Origin: Candidatus Poribacteria bacterium
Lineage (GTDB): Bacteria; Poribacteria; WGA-4E; WGA-3G
NCBI GenBank assembly: GCA_964291315.2
Contig: OZ219751.1
Coordinates: 1 to 64,000, forward strand
Direction of reading: 5' to 3'
DNA length: 64,000 bases
A program made the translations under genes and the position numbers. The notes under the pieces were generated by a model, which saw only the letters and a program-made list of their open reading frames with translations, made no database searches and had not been told where the DNA came from. The number at the start of each line of letters is the position of its first letter. Position 1 is the first letter of the stretch. Below are positions 41,148-50,496 of the stretch, piece after piece.

Positions 41148-41591
41148 ATGGAATGGATTAAAGAATCTGTTCAATTCGTACTTGAGAAGGATCGGATTGG
41201 TAGTCCTGTGTTCCTACGGTGTGTTTTTCACATCGCCGATCACGGTGAGGATCTGCTGCCGCCACTCGCGGAGGTGTTGGCCCTCGCAAATGCCTGGATA
41301 CCCTCACCGCCTGCCGACATCTATGCCCAACAAGATGAACAGTCAACACAGGTCACAGTTATGGTTCTTTATATAGGGGGACAGATGGCACTGCTAAGTG
41401 TTAATCGGGTTGATGTAGAAACTGCAATTGATATTATGTTGGTTGGAAATAAAGGAGTTATTTACCATGAAACGCCGATGGGTAGACACTACCCGGGCGC
41501 GATTCTGCCAGAATTCGGCGATACCGGTGAACTAATAGAGGTTATCGCCGAATCGCTTGAAAGCGGTCAACCTGTAAGTTTGGAGGAGTAG
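41148..41591 (+). CDS. Hypothetical protein resembling a stand-alone Gfo/Idh/MocA C-terminal domain
   Basis: RBS AAGGAGG; RIG.P.F.R, L.G.KG.I and AESLESGQPV motifs; 2 nt upstream of the oxidoreductase. Confidence 0.6.
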   Translation: MEWIKESVQFVLEKDRIGSPVFLRCVFHIADHGEDLLPPLAEVLALANAWIPSPPADIYAQQDEQSTQVTVMVLYIGGQMALLSVNRVDVETAIDIMLVGNKGVIYHETPMGRHYPGAILPEFGDTGELIEVIAESLESGQPVSLEE

Positions 41592-41593
41592 AC

Positions 41594-42739
41594 ATGCAAC
41601 AGAACGATAAATATGGTGTTCTTTTGCTCGGTGGACATCGTACACATCAGGAGAATTACGCTTTGAGTTTCGCACAAGATGAGCGTTGTCGATTAGTCGC
41701 CTTTGCGGATGAATTGGACGGACCGTCAGAGCGGATTGCCTTGGGGAAATCCCTTGCAGAGGAGTTAAATCTACCCTTCATTGCCGATCTTGATGAGGCG
41801 TTGGCACGTAAGGATGTGCATATTGTCAGTCTCTGCACGGATGTAGAACGCCGCGGGCGCATCGGGGCAAAATGTGCCGAAGCAGGAAAGCATGTTTATC
41901 TTGACAAACCGATGGCGCTCAATCCGGAAGATGCCAGCAAGATTGTTGCCGCTGTTGAGAAAAACGGAGTGAAATCTCAGATGTTTAGCAATATTTATAG
42001 TACGTGGGCGCGTACGGTTCAGCAAGCGTTAACAAGCAAGCGTATCGGTGAACTTCAGGCAATTCATTGCGATGTTATGTTCTCAAAGGGGCATCCGGGC
42101 ACTGCACCCATTGGAGAAAAGAGAACCCAAAAACCGACGTTAGAGCACTACAGTTTCGTTGAAGCCAAGCCCGAGATGTTTGATGTTGGTATTTATGCGG
42201 TTTCTATGGTAAATTGGTTAACGCAGAAACGAGCGCAGCGTGTCTTTGGTGAAACAGCAAATTATTTTTTTCAGGAACATCGCAATTGCGGACTTGAGGA
42301 CTTCGGTGCTTTAGTCTTGACCTTAGACGGTGGGATCACTGCAACAATTGTGGGCGGACGCTATGGTTGGCAGAGCCACGCGCAAGGCGGCGTTCGGAAG
42401 GTACATCTCGTCGGCACTGAGGGCTCTTTAACGTTTGATGCTTCAGCAAATCGCTTAGAAGTTTTTGCTGCTGAACCAGCGTTTGAACCACCAGAACCAC
42501 ACCCACTCGATCCAATGGGCATGTGGAGTAGCACACAATCTGGAATTGGGATGCGACCTAAACAGCAGTGGATAGATATCAGCAGTGGAGATGATGGACC
42601 GCGAGAATTCGGCGCGTTTGTAGATTGTGTTGAGAAAGATGTAGAAAGCGAGATGAATGCAGAATTTGCGGCGCATTCTGTCGAGATTATCTGCGCTGGT
42701 TATCGTTCTGCTGCGAGTGGTGAGGTCATCACCCTCTAA
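41594..42739 (+). CDS. Gfo/Idh/MocA family oxidoreductase
   Basis: AGKHVYLDKPM, RIGEL and YRSAASGEVI motifs. Confidence 0.88.
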   Translation: MQQNDKYGVLLLGGHRTHQENYALSFAQDERCRLVAFADELDGPSERIALGKSLAEELNLPFIADLDEALARKDVHIVSLCTDVERRGRIGAKCAEAGKHVYLDKPMALNPEDASKIVAAVEKNGVKSQMFSNIYSTWARTVQQALTSKRIGELQAIHCDVMFSKGHPGTAPIGEKRTQKPTLEHYSFVEAKPEMFDVGIYAVSMVNWLTQKRAQRVFGETANYFFQEHRNCGLEDFGALVLTLDGGITATIVGGRYGWQSHAQGGVRKVHLVGTEGSLTFDASANRLEVFAAEPAFEPPEPHPLDPMGMWSSTQSGIGMRPKQQWIDISSGDDGPREFGAFVDCVEKDVESEMNAEFAAHSVEIICAGYRSAASGEVITL

Positions 42740-44552
42740 CGCCCATCGCTTCCAATTGTGAAATCTGTTTCATCCAAGATTTTCTGATTTCTGGACAGTA
42801 TTCGCCCGGAAGTAGCGATTTCCGTGTGCAATTAACGAGGGCTTGCAAAATTTGGTAACGTCGAATCGGACCGATGTCCGGTAGAATCCGATCTTCGACG
42901 ACAGCTATGATCTCATCGAGCGTTAATCTGCTTGTTTGCTCGGATGAGGTTGGCTGATGCCCCTTGCGAAGACTCACTGCCTCTAGATCAGAACGTAGTG
43001 AAGCAAAGCTCGCAGCAGAATAGTCCTCGGTGAGTTCCAGGATCTGTTCAATTGCTTCTTCAGAGAGTGGTGCAGCGGCAACTTTAGCGATCGTCCAGCG
43101 AAGGAAAGCCTTACGGTCTTCCCCGCTCGGGTCGAGCACTGGAATCACTATATCTCCAACCCTACCTTCTCGTCGTAGGTCAGGTGAAAGGTTATAGATG
43201 CGCGCAGTCATGAGGAGCCATGTGATGTTCCCACGGAGTTGCGGATCCGACATCATTGCCTGTATCTTTCCGGTCAAACGCCGTTCTGTGCTATGCGCAT
43301 CCTTACCAACATCACCGAATTGTGTGTCTGCTTCATCAACGAAGATAAGCACCTTCACAAGCGCCATCAACAATCGTCTGAGTCGCTCGAAAATGACATC
43401 TGTCTGTCCAAACCACATACTTCGAATATTTTTGAGAACCAGAACCGGAATGTCGAGTTCACCGGCAAGCCCCTCGAAAATAAAAGTTTTCCCGCTGCCG
43501 ATCGGACCACAAACACTCATTCCGGCGATTGAATCGGGACCCGTTGAAGTGATGCGTGGGATCAACTGTATCTTGAGAAAATCTACCAGTTTTTGGTTGC
43601 CTACGATATCGTTGAAACTGTGTGCAGGCTTCTTAAATTCTACGACATCCTCACCTAACTGGCCTTGGATAAATTCAGAAACTTTATTAATAACGTCTTC
43701 GGGTTGCAGTTTGTTGCCAGAATAGCGTGCAGAGAGAAGGAGCTGGCGCAGTGCTTGTATAGATAAGCCCGCTGTAAGCATTGCCAGTTGGGTTTGCGTG
43801 CCCCAAAGATTTAGCGGTTTTTCTGTCAGTTTCGGTGTGTTATTAAACCATGAAATGAAATGTTGACGCTCCTCCATTCCCGGTGATGGGATTTCGACGG
43901 TGACCACCTGCGGCAGCCTGATAATTCGAGAGTTCATAAGACTCGCGGATTCTGTGATGAAGATAACAGTATCGTTCCCGTTCATAAAATTAGAATCCGA
44001 AATCCAATCTTGAACGATGCTGATCCGGTGTCTATCCGGGAGCGACAAACTCCGAATTTCACCTTCTGGAAGCAACATATCTGCCGCTTCAATGAAAATG
44101 ATCAATTTTTCTCTTAAAAATTTTTTTCCTTGTGTGTTCCTACTTCGGGAGAGGAGACACAACTGCCGTAAGAGTTCAAGTGCCAAGGTTGGGCTGCCGA
44201 TTGCATCGTTCGTGTATTGTGTAAAAGAAACATCGGCAGTCTCAGAAGAAGCGTATAAACCACTAATAGGGCGGCGCGTATTTATGCTTGCATTTGTGGC
44301 AAACCCCGACTCGGTTACCCCTCGCCATACATTGAACGCCTGCTTAACCTTTTCTCGTTCAGCGTCCTGGGAAAACCGTATGGGTCCGTTGAGTTCGTAA
44401 ACTATCAGGATAAATCCGGGAATATCCCAACTGCAGGTTAGAAAAGGGACGAGTGGAATGTAGTCTGTATTCTCTCCCTCACGTATAAAAAAGAGGTCGT
44501 GGATATTTCCGGACAAGACAAGACTACGAGACGTTCCTGAATTGATGAGCAT
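42729..44552 (-). CDS. AAA+ ATPase with a degenerate N-terminal and an intact C-terminal AAA module (Ycf46/SpoVK-like)
   Basis: GPIGSGKT (Walker A), LIFVDEAD (Walker B), DLRREGR (SRH); N-terminal IIFIEAAD pseudo-Walker B. Confidence 0.85.
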   Translation of the reverse strand: MLINSGTSRSLVLSGNIHDLFFIREGENTDYIPLVPFLTCSWDIPGFILIVYELNGPIRFSQDAEREKVKQAFNVWRGVTESGFATNASINTRRPISGLYASSETADVSFTQYTNDAIGSPTLALELLRQLCLLSRSRNTQGKKFLREKLIIFIEAADMLLPEGEIRSLSLPDRHRISIVQDWISDSNFMNGNDTVIFITESASLMNSRIIRLPQVVTVEIPSPGMEERQHFISWFNNTPKLTEKPLNLWGTQTQLAMLTAGLSIQALRQLLLSARYSGNKLQPEDVINKVSEFIQGQLGEDVVEFKKPAHSFNDIVGNQKLVDFLKIQLIPRITSTGPDSIAGMSVCGPIGSGKTFIFEGLAGELDIPVLVLKNIRSMWFGQTDVIFERLRRLLMALVKVLIFVDEADTQFGDVGKDAHSTERRLTGKIQAMMSDPQLRGNITWLLMTARIYNLSPDLRREGRVGDIVIPVLDPSGEDRKAFLRWTIAKVAAAPLSEEAIEQILELTEDYSAASFASLRSDLEAVSLRKGHQPTSSEQTSRLTLDEIIAVVEDRILPDIGPIRRYQILQALVNCTRKSLLPGEYCPEIRKSWMKQISQLEAMGVRG

Positions 44553-44645
44553 TCCGGCGTCTTGACGGAATGTATAGGTTGGGTTTTTAACGGCTATAAG
44601 CTACCCACCCCCTTTTTTCTGCATAGCAGGCCTGTGAGAATCACG

Positions 44646-45482
44646 TTATAACGGCAATTCAGTATCTGAGTCCGTTTTTGCCTTATCGGGTTCAGTCTTC
44701 GTCTGTGTGTCGGTCTGTTGTGCCCCGAAAATTAAGGCATCAAATTCGTCAGAAGCACTGGAAGATCGCGCAGCTGTAAGGAATTCTTCCTCTTCGCTCG
44801 TTGAATCCGTTCCGGCTAATTCCTGTGCAACTGTTGACCGCGCCTTTGCTTTCTCGCGTATTTCGCGCATTCGAGTCAATTCGGCAGAGGTTCCATCCAT
44901 ACTGATGCCCGAAAGCATATCGGCAATTTCCTCTTGTTCTCGAGCCGTAATTAGATCCGCAACTGCCTCGGACTGTTCAGTTTTAATCTTATCTAAATCA
45001 CGATGTAAACTAGTGATCTGAAGTTTATGTGACTCAACATCAGCTCGTGCACCTTCAATCTCACTTTCCAATTCTGTAATGCGCTCGGTTTTCTCCACCA
45101 AATTGGAATTAAAGTCTTGGTAAGCAGTGACGCATCTTGTATATTCAGGGTGCTGCTTGACTTGTTCCTGTGTCAACCCTTCACCCTGCAATGCCGTAGC
45201 TGTCTCTTGTGCCTTGGCGATTGCCCCTGATTTTAGTTCTTCAAACCGATCGACTTCGTCAGTCAGGTTTTTAACCGTAGATTTCTTCTGTTCCACGATC
45301 GCAATGAGTTGTCCGATTGCTTGCTTATAACGCTGGATATTCCCTTTTTTATCCTTGATGATGTCTTCATAAGCCCCTCTGACGGCTTCAGGGTTTTCCA
45401 TCATTCTATCCGCGGATTCATGCGCGCGGCCTGTCAGTGTATACCAGATAGCCTTAAAAAATCTTGTGAATCCATTTGCCAT
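44646..45482 (-). CDS. PspA/IM30 (Vipp1/ESCRT-III-like) family coiled-coil protein
   Basis: Amphipathic N-terminus FTRFFKAI, ENPE motif (cf. EDP), long coiled coils, acidic C-terminus; RBS AGGAG. Confidence 0.7.
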   Translation of the reverse strand: MANGFTRFFKAIWYTLTGRAHESADRMMENPEAVRGAYEDIIKDKKGNIQRYKQAIGQLIAIVEQKKSTVKNLTDEVDRFEELKSGAIAKAQETATALQGEGLTQEQVKQHPEYTRCVTAYQDFNSNLVEKTERITELESEIEGARADVESHKLQITSLHRDLDKIKTEQSEAVADLITAREQEEIADMLSGISMDGTSAELTRMREIREKAKARSTVAQELAGTDSTSEEEEFLTAARSSSASDEFDALIFGAQQTDTQTKTEPDKAKTDSDTELPL

Positions 45483-45747
45483 GGTTATTTCTCCTATTGA
45501 GGGTGCACATTAAAGGCACTACCTTCCTATATTAGTTTGTCGGTTATGTTGCTGCGACTTTGTCCGGTTTTTCACCGCACATAAACACCTATGTTAATAT
45601 TTTAACATATTTTATTAAAAGCTGCAAGCAAATTTTACATAAACCAATGCCATTTATGGCAAATTCTAAAAATAGGTTCACGCTTCAATCAACAACAAAA
45701 ACACACACGCTGTTCTAATTCGGCGCGTCGAGACATTATTAATTGCT

Positions 45748-45798
45748 CCGGAAACGCTCTGCTAGCGCGTTTCCGTTGGGGCGATTCCGAATCCCCAA
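45748..45798. repeat. Two adjacent GC-rich palindromes in a divergent intergenic region
   Basis: CGGAAACGC...GCGTTTCCG and TTGGGG...CCCCAA. Confidence 0.55.
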
Positions 45799-45919
45799 TA
45801 GATGTCATACACACATTCAACGCTGATTCCATTTTCTTGTAGGAACAAGCTCCAGATCATGATTTCTTCCTTCAGAAAAACCAGAGAACTCAACAACAGT
45901 AGTGCCACTCAAATTCTCC

Positions 45920-45948
45920 TTGACAAGAAGGAGGCATCCAAGTAGAAT
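45920..45948 (+). promoter_or_regulatory. Sigma70-type promoter
   Basis: TTGACA-N17-TAGAAT. Confidence 0.7.
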
Positions 45949-45980
45949 AAAGAATAAAAACTACTTTTAATCTTCGAAAG

Positions 45981-48389
45981 ATGCTTGTGAAACCTATGGT
46001 ACATAGGTCATTTTCATATTGGTTGTGGTTTGCTGCGCTTGGCGCATTAGCACTTGTGCTTACCAATGTGCCGTTATTTGACATCCTTGCTTACGAGTTT
46101 TGTGCTGTAATGGCGCTCGGTATCTCTTTCACAGGTGCGCATGTGACACTAACAACACTGCAACAAATGAAGCAAAACCCTGAGGCACTTGCAGGTTCAT
46201 CCAGACAAATCGTCTTCCGATGTTTCTGGAACGCACTGATATCTAACATCAGTTTACTCATGCTGCCGCTTCTCATAATCTTGCTGAATGCTTTTCGTTC
46301 CAAGAATTGCGATTTTAGAGAAGGATTCCTCTTTTTTGTTATCTTACCGTTGATCAGTTGTTTGTATGCTACAGCGGCGGGCGTATTTTTCGGAGTCTGG
46401 CTCAAAACAAGATGGTTAGCATATTTGGCATATCTGAGTTATCTTCTGCTTTCTTATGTTCCGATGGTTATTAATCTAATATTTCATCCACCAGTGTTTG
46501 CATATCACTCCACTTTTGGGTATTTTCCAGGACCAATTTACGATTTTGTTGTTCAGATAACACGGACGCTTCTAATTGCACGGATGGAAACGTTGCTCTG
46601 GATACTCTTATTTTTGGGACTTACTGTCACTTTATGTGAGGTTAGTAGAAAAACAGGATGGATGCCCCAATTGAGATGGTGTAAATTGGTGGCCCCGCTT
46701 AGGAAACGTCTGCCGCTATATCTATTAACCCTCATTTTACTCGGTTTTCAATTTTACGCCGGGGCACTCGGTATTCGCCCAACTCGCGAGGACATCGCAC
46801 AAGAACTCGGAGGATTCCGAGAAACAACACACTTTGAAATTTTCTATGCGCGTGAACTCGATACCGAGATTGATCGGATTGCCGAGGATTGTGAATTTCA
46901 GTACGCCCAATTGTCCGCCTACCTCATGCCTGAAGGTGCAACGCTGTCCCGGAAAGTCCGAGCATATATCTATGCCTCCCCCGAACAAAAAAAGCGGTTA
47001 ATTGGTGCACGTCATACGTCCGTAGAGGACCCATTTGGGTATGGGTTTCACATCCATGCACAAGGCTTCCCGCATCCGGTGTTAAAGCATGAATTAGCCC
47101 ACGTTTTTACTGTACCTTGGTCCCCTCTGAAAGTGAGTTTGAAGATAGGTCTCCACGAAGGAATAGCAGTCGCTGCGGATTGGAATGAAGGTAGGTTGAC
47201 AGGCCACCAATGGGCAAAAGCGATGCGTCAGATGGAGGTCGCCCCACCCCTACTAAGCATCATGGGGATTGGGTTTTGGCAGTACGCAGGCTCCCAGAGC
47301 TATCTTTTGGCGGGATCCTTCGTTCGGTTCCTTTTTGACACCTATGGTCTCGAGAAATTTAAGAATGTTTTTCCTACCGGAAATTTTTCCAAACATTATG
47401 GAAAGAATTTGTACGCCTTGGAGAGGGAGTGGGTTGAATTTTTGGAGAATATACCTTTGGAAGACGACGATATAGCTTACGCGACCTACCGTTTGCAGCA
47501 GCGTAGTGTTTTTGAGCGGGTTTGTGCCCATAAAATGGCTGCTTTGCGGGACGCTGCCTGGCATGCATACTCCCGAAAAGATTTTCGCACTGCTACTCAA
47601 ACCTTTGAAACGATGCTGTCAACCGAGCCTAAGAGTCTCGGTACATTGCGCGGTTTAATGTATAGTGCCTACAGAATGCAAGATTATGACAGAGCTCTCT
47701 CTTTAGCAACCTATATCGCAAACGAACAAGATACACGCTTCAGTCCAGAGGCAGTGCTGTTAAAAGGGGACATCTACTGGCTTAAGAATGTTCATGAGAA
47801 AGCATTGGACATATACTTTTCATTGGAAACAGAACATGAGACGACTGAGTTAAGACGTATCAAACGAATTGTGGCGCTCTCTTATCCTGATATGCCCGCA
47901 ACAGATGAGAATCTCCAACCGATTCCCATGGGGCCGGAAAATTTTTCCCCGCGAGATTTACTCCGTGCTGTGCTGTTAGAATCTAAAAAGGCATCGGAAA
48001 AAATGGTGAACTTGTCAATATGTATACAAACCGACCCGGACATGTGGTTGGCATACCTTTTAGCGGGCGAATTGCTTCATAAAGAAGGAGCATGGCAGAG
48101 CAGTAATCAATATTTCGAACGCGCTGCGATGCTCTTAGAGAAAGCGGAGACTCAGGGTAAAGATTCACATAGAACCCCAACGTCGCTACAGCTGACGCAC
48201 CGACAATATCGAAGCATCACTTTAGACATCCAGAGGACAATAGGCATCAACGCATATCATCAGAAAGATTATGAGACCGCGACACGAGTGTTTTCTGCAA
48301 TCGCAAAAAGTGAAGGGTTGCCCCTCGGGACAACACTGAAGGCAGATGAATGGCGACAAAGATGTCAATGGGCGCAGCTGCATCGATAG
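45981..48389 (+). CDS. Multi-TM protein with gluzincin-type metallopeptidase domain and TPR-like repeats
   Basis: ~7 N-terminal TM; HELAH followed by LHEGIA third ligand; SY..AGSFVRFL; helical TPR-like C-terminus. Confidence 0.75.
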   Translation: MLVKPMVHRSFSYWLWFAALGALALVLTNVPLFDILAYEFCAVMALGISFTGAHVTLTTLQQMKQNPEALAGSSRQIVFRCFWNALISNISLLMLPLLIILLNAFRSKNCDFREGFLFFVILPLISCLYATAAGVFFGVWLKTRWLAYLAYLSYLLLSYVPMVINLIFHPPVFAYHSTFGYFPGPIYDFVVQITRTLLIARMETLLWILLFLGLTVTLCEVSRKTGWMPQLRWCKLVAPLRKRLPLYLLTLILLGFQFYAGALGIRPTREDIAQELGGFRETTHFEIFYARELDTEIDRIAEDCEFQYAQLSAYLMPEGATLSRKVRAYIYASPEQKKRLIGARHTSVEDPFGYGFHIHAQGFPHPVLKHELAHVFTVPWSPLKVSLKIGLHEGIAVAADWNEGRLTGHQWAKAMRQMEVAPPLLSIMGIGFWQYAGSQSYLLAGSFVRFLFDTYGLEKFKNVFPTGNFSKHYGKNLYALEREWVEFLENIPLEDDDIAYATYRLQQRSVFERVCAHKMAALRDAAWHAYSRKDFRTATQTFETMLSTEPKSLGTLRGLMYSAYRMQDYDRALSLATYIANEQDTRFSPEAVLLKGDIYWLKNVHEKALDIYFSLETEHETTELRRIKRIVALSYPDMPATDENLQPIPMGPENFSPRDLLRAVLLESKKASEKMVNLSICIQTDPDMWLAYLLAGELLHKEGAWQSSNQYFERAAMLLEKAETQGKDSHRTPTSLQLTHRQYRSITLDIQRTIGINAYHQKDYETATRVFSAIAKSEGLPLGTTLKADEWRQRCQWAQLHR

Positions 48390-48528
48390 GCTGTCATAAA
48401 TCCGGGACCTCAAACTCAATCTGAAGTTTTTAACTCGGTTTTCAATTCAAATTCCATATCTTCGTCTAATTAAAGGCAACCTAAGAGCAATTTGTACTAT
48501 TTTGATCCTTAAGATCAGAGGAGTTTTC

Positions 48529-50447
48529 ATGAAACTTTTTGTGCCGGGAAGAATTTGCCTGTTCGGTGAACACAGTGACTGGGCGGCTAGGTATCGACTA
48601 AATAACTCCGAGCTCGAAAAGGGCTATACATTAATAACTAGCACAAACCAAGGGGTATTTGCTGAGATTAAACGGCATCCAACCCGTCTGATTTTGAATA
48701 CAACTCTCAGTGATGGCACTCGCCACGGTCCCTATAGTCTGCCTATGGAGGGAAATGCCCTGCTCGCTGAGGCTGAAAAGGGGGGATTTTTTAGCTATGC
48801 TGCCGGGGTCGCATATCAGATTTTAACCGACTATCGCGTCCAAGGACTAGAAATAGATAATTATCTCACTGATTTACCAGTCAAAAAAGGATTGTCTTCA
48901 AGTGCAGCTATTAGCGTGTTGGTGGCACGCGCCTTCAATCGTACGTATGATCTTAAGATGACAACACGCGGTGAAATGGAATACGCCTATCGAGGCGAAA
49001 CGACTACACCTTCACGCTGTGGACGAATGGATCAAGGCTGTGCCTACCAACGCCCTATTCTCATGACCTTCGATGGAGACCGAGTTGATGTCCGAGAAAT
49101 CAGCGTACCAGAAAACCTGTACCTTGTAATTGTCGACCTCGGAGCTGGTAAAGATACACGCTTGATATTGAACCAATTAAATCACTGTTATCCATTCGCC
49201 GATAGCGAATTAGAAAAAAGTGTACAACACTACCTTGGTCCAGTGAGTGCTCAAATTACACAAGCGGCATATCAAGCACTCCGTAACGGAGATGCAGAAA
49301 CCGTAGGCAAACTGATGACACGCGCGCAAGCAGAGTTCGACAAACACCTAATTCCAGCATGTCCATCCCAATTGACAGCGCCTGTTCTCCACAGAGTCCT
49401 GAATTATAAAGCAATTCGACCTATGTTTGGGGCGGTAAAGGCGTTGGGTCGCAAGGCGACGGGTCCGCCCAATTCATTGTGAAAGATGAAGAAAGCCAAC
49501 AGAAAGTTATTGAGATTATCGAGCGGGATTTGAAGATGTCGTGCCTAAAGCTGGTGATTGAGGCCGGGAGACACGTCCGAAAAGCAGTTATCCCTGCTGC
49601 AGGGTTTGGAACCCGTTTATTTCCAGCGTCAAAGGCGATGAAAAAGGAGCTTTTCCCTATAATTGACCGCTCTGGACGCGCCAAACCTGTAATTATGGCA
49701 ATCGTTGAAGAGGCGATAAACGCTGGCATTGAGGAAGTCTGCATTATTGTACAACCCGGTGATACAGCACTCTTCGAATCATTTTTCAAAACGCCTCCCC
49801 CGATTGAACATTTTAATAAGCTCAGCAAAGAAAACAAGATGTATTGCGACTCGCTACTCGAATTAGGGAGGCGTGTGACATTCGTGACACAAGACGTTCA
49901 AGAAGGTTTCGGACATGCTGTCTATAGTGCCCGGGAATGGGTCGGCAACGAACCTTTCCTCCTTATGCTCGGTGATCATCTCTACAGTTCAGATGTGGAA
50001 AAATGCTGTGCACGACAGGTCGTCGAGGTTTATGAGCAAGTAGGGCACAGCGTAGTTGGCCTCAAAGTTACCCCGATTGAGCAATTATCAAACTTCGGAT
50101 GTGTCACTGGCGCGTGGAAAAAGGAAAACTCGCTACTTTCGGTGACAGAGTTCTATGAAAAACCGGATGCTGAGTATGCAATGGAGCATCTACATGTTGA
50201 CGGAATGGATATAGACCACTTTTTGACGGTGTTCGGCATCTATGTACTTCAACCCCAAGTTTTCGAGTTTATAGAACAAAATATTACCTATAATCTCCGT
50301 GAGCGGGGCGAATTCCAACTCACGCCTTGTTTAGATGAGTTACGAAAAGCGGACGGTTTTTCAGGGTATCTTGTTAAGGGACACCGATTTGATATCGGTC
50401 TCCCCGAGGAGTATCGGCAAACTGTCATTGATTTCAGAAATGCCTGA
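48529..50447 (+). CDS. Bifunctional GHMP sugar kinase / sugar-1-phosphate nucleotidyltransferase, frameshifted near 49420
   Basis: PGRICLFGEHSD, P..KGLSSSAA, G.MDQ; adding one C gives RPYVWGGKGVGSQGDG continuing into KAVIPAAGFGTRLFPA..K (GalU-like). Confidence 0.8.
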
Positions 50448-50496
50448 CGAGTTCCTCTTCTTAGTTACACTGAACGTCTCATGTTCTCACGGCATC

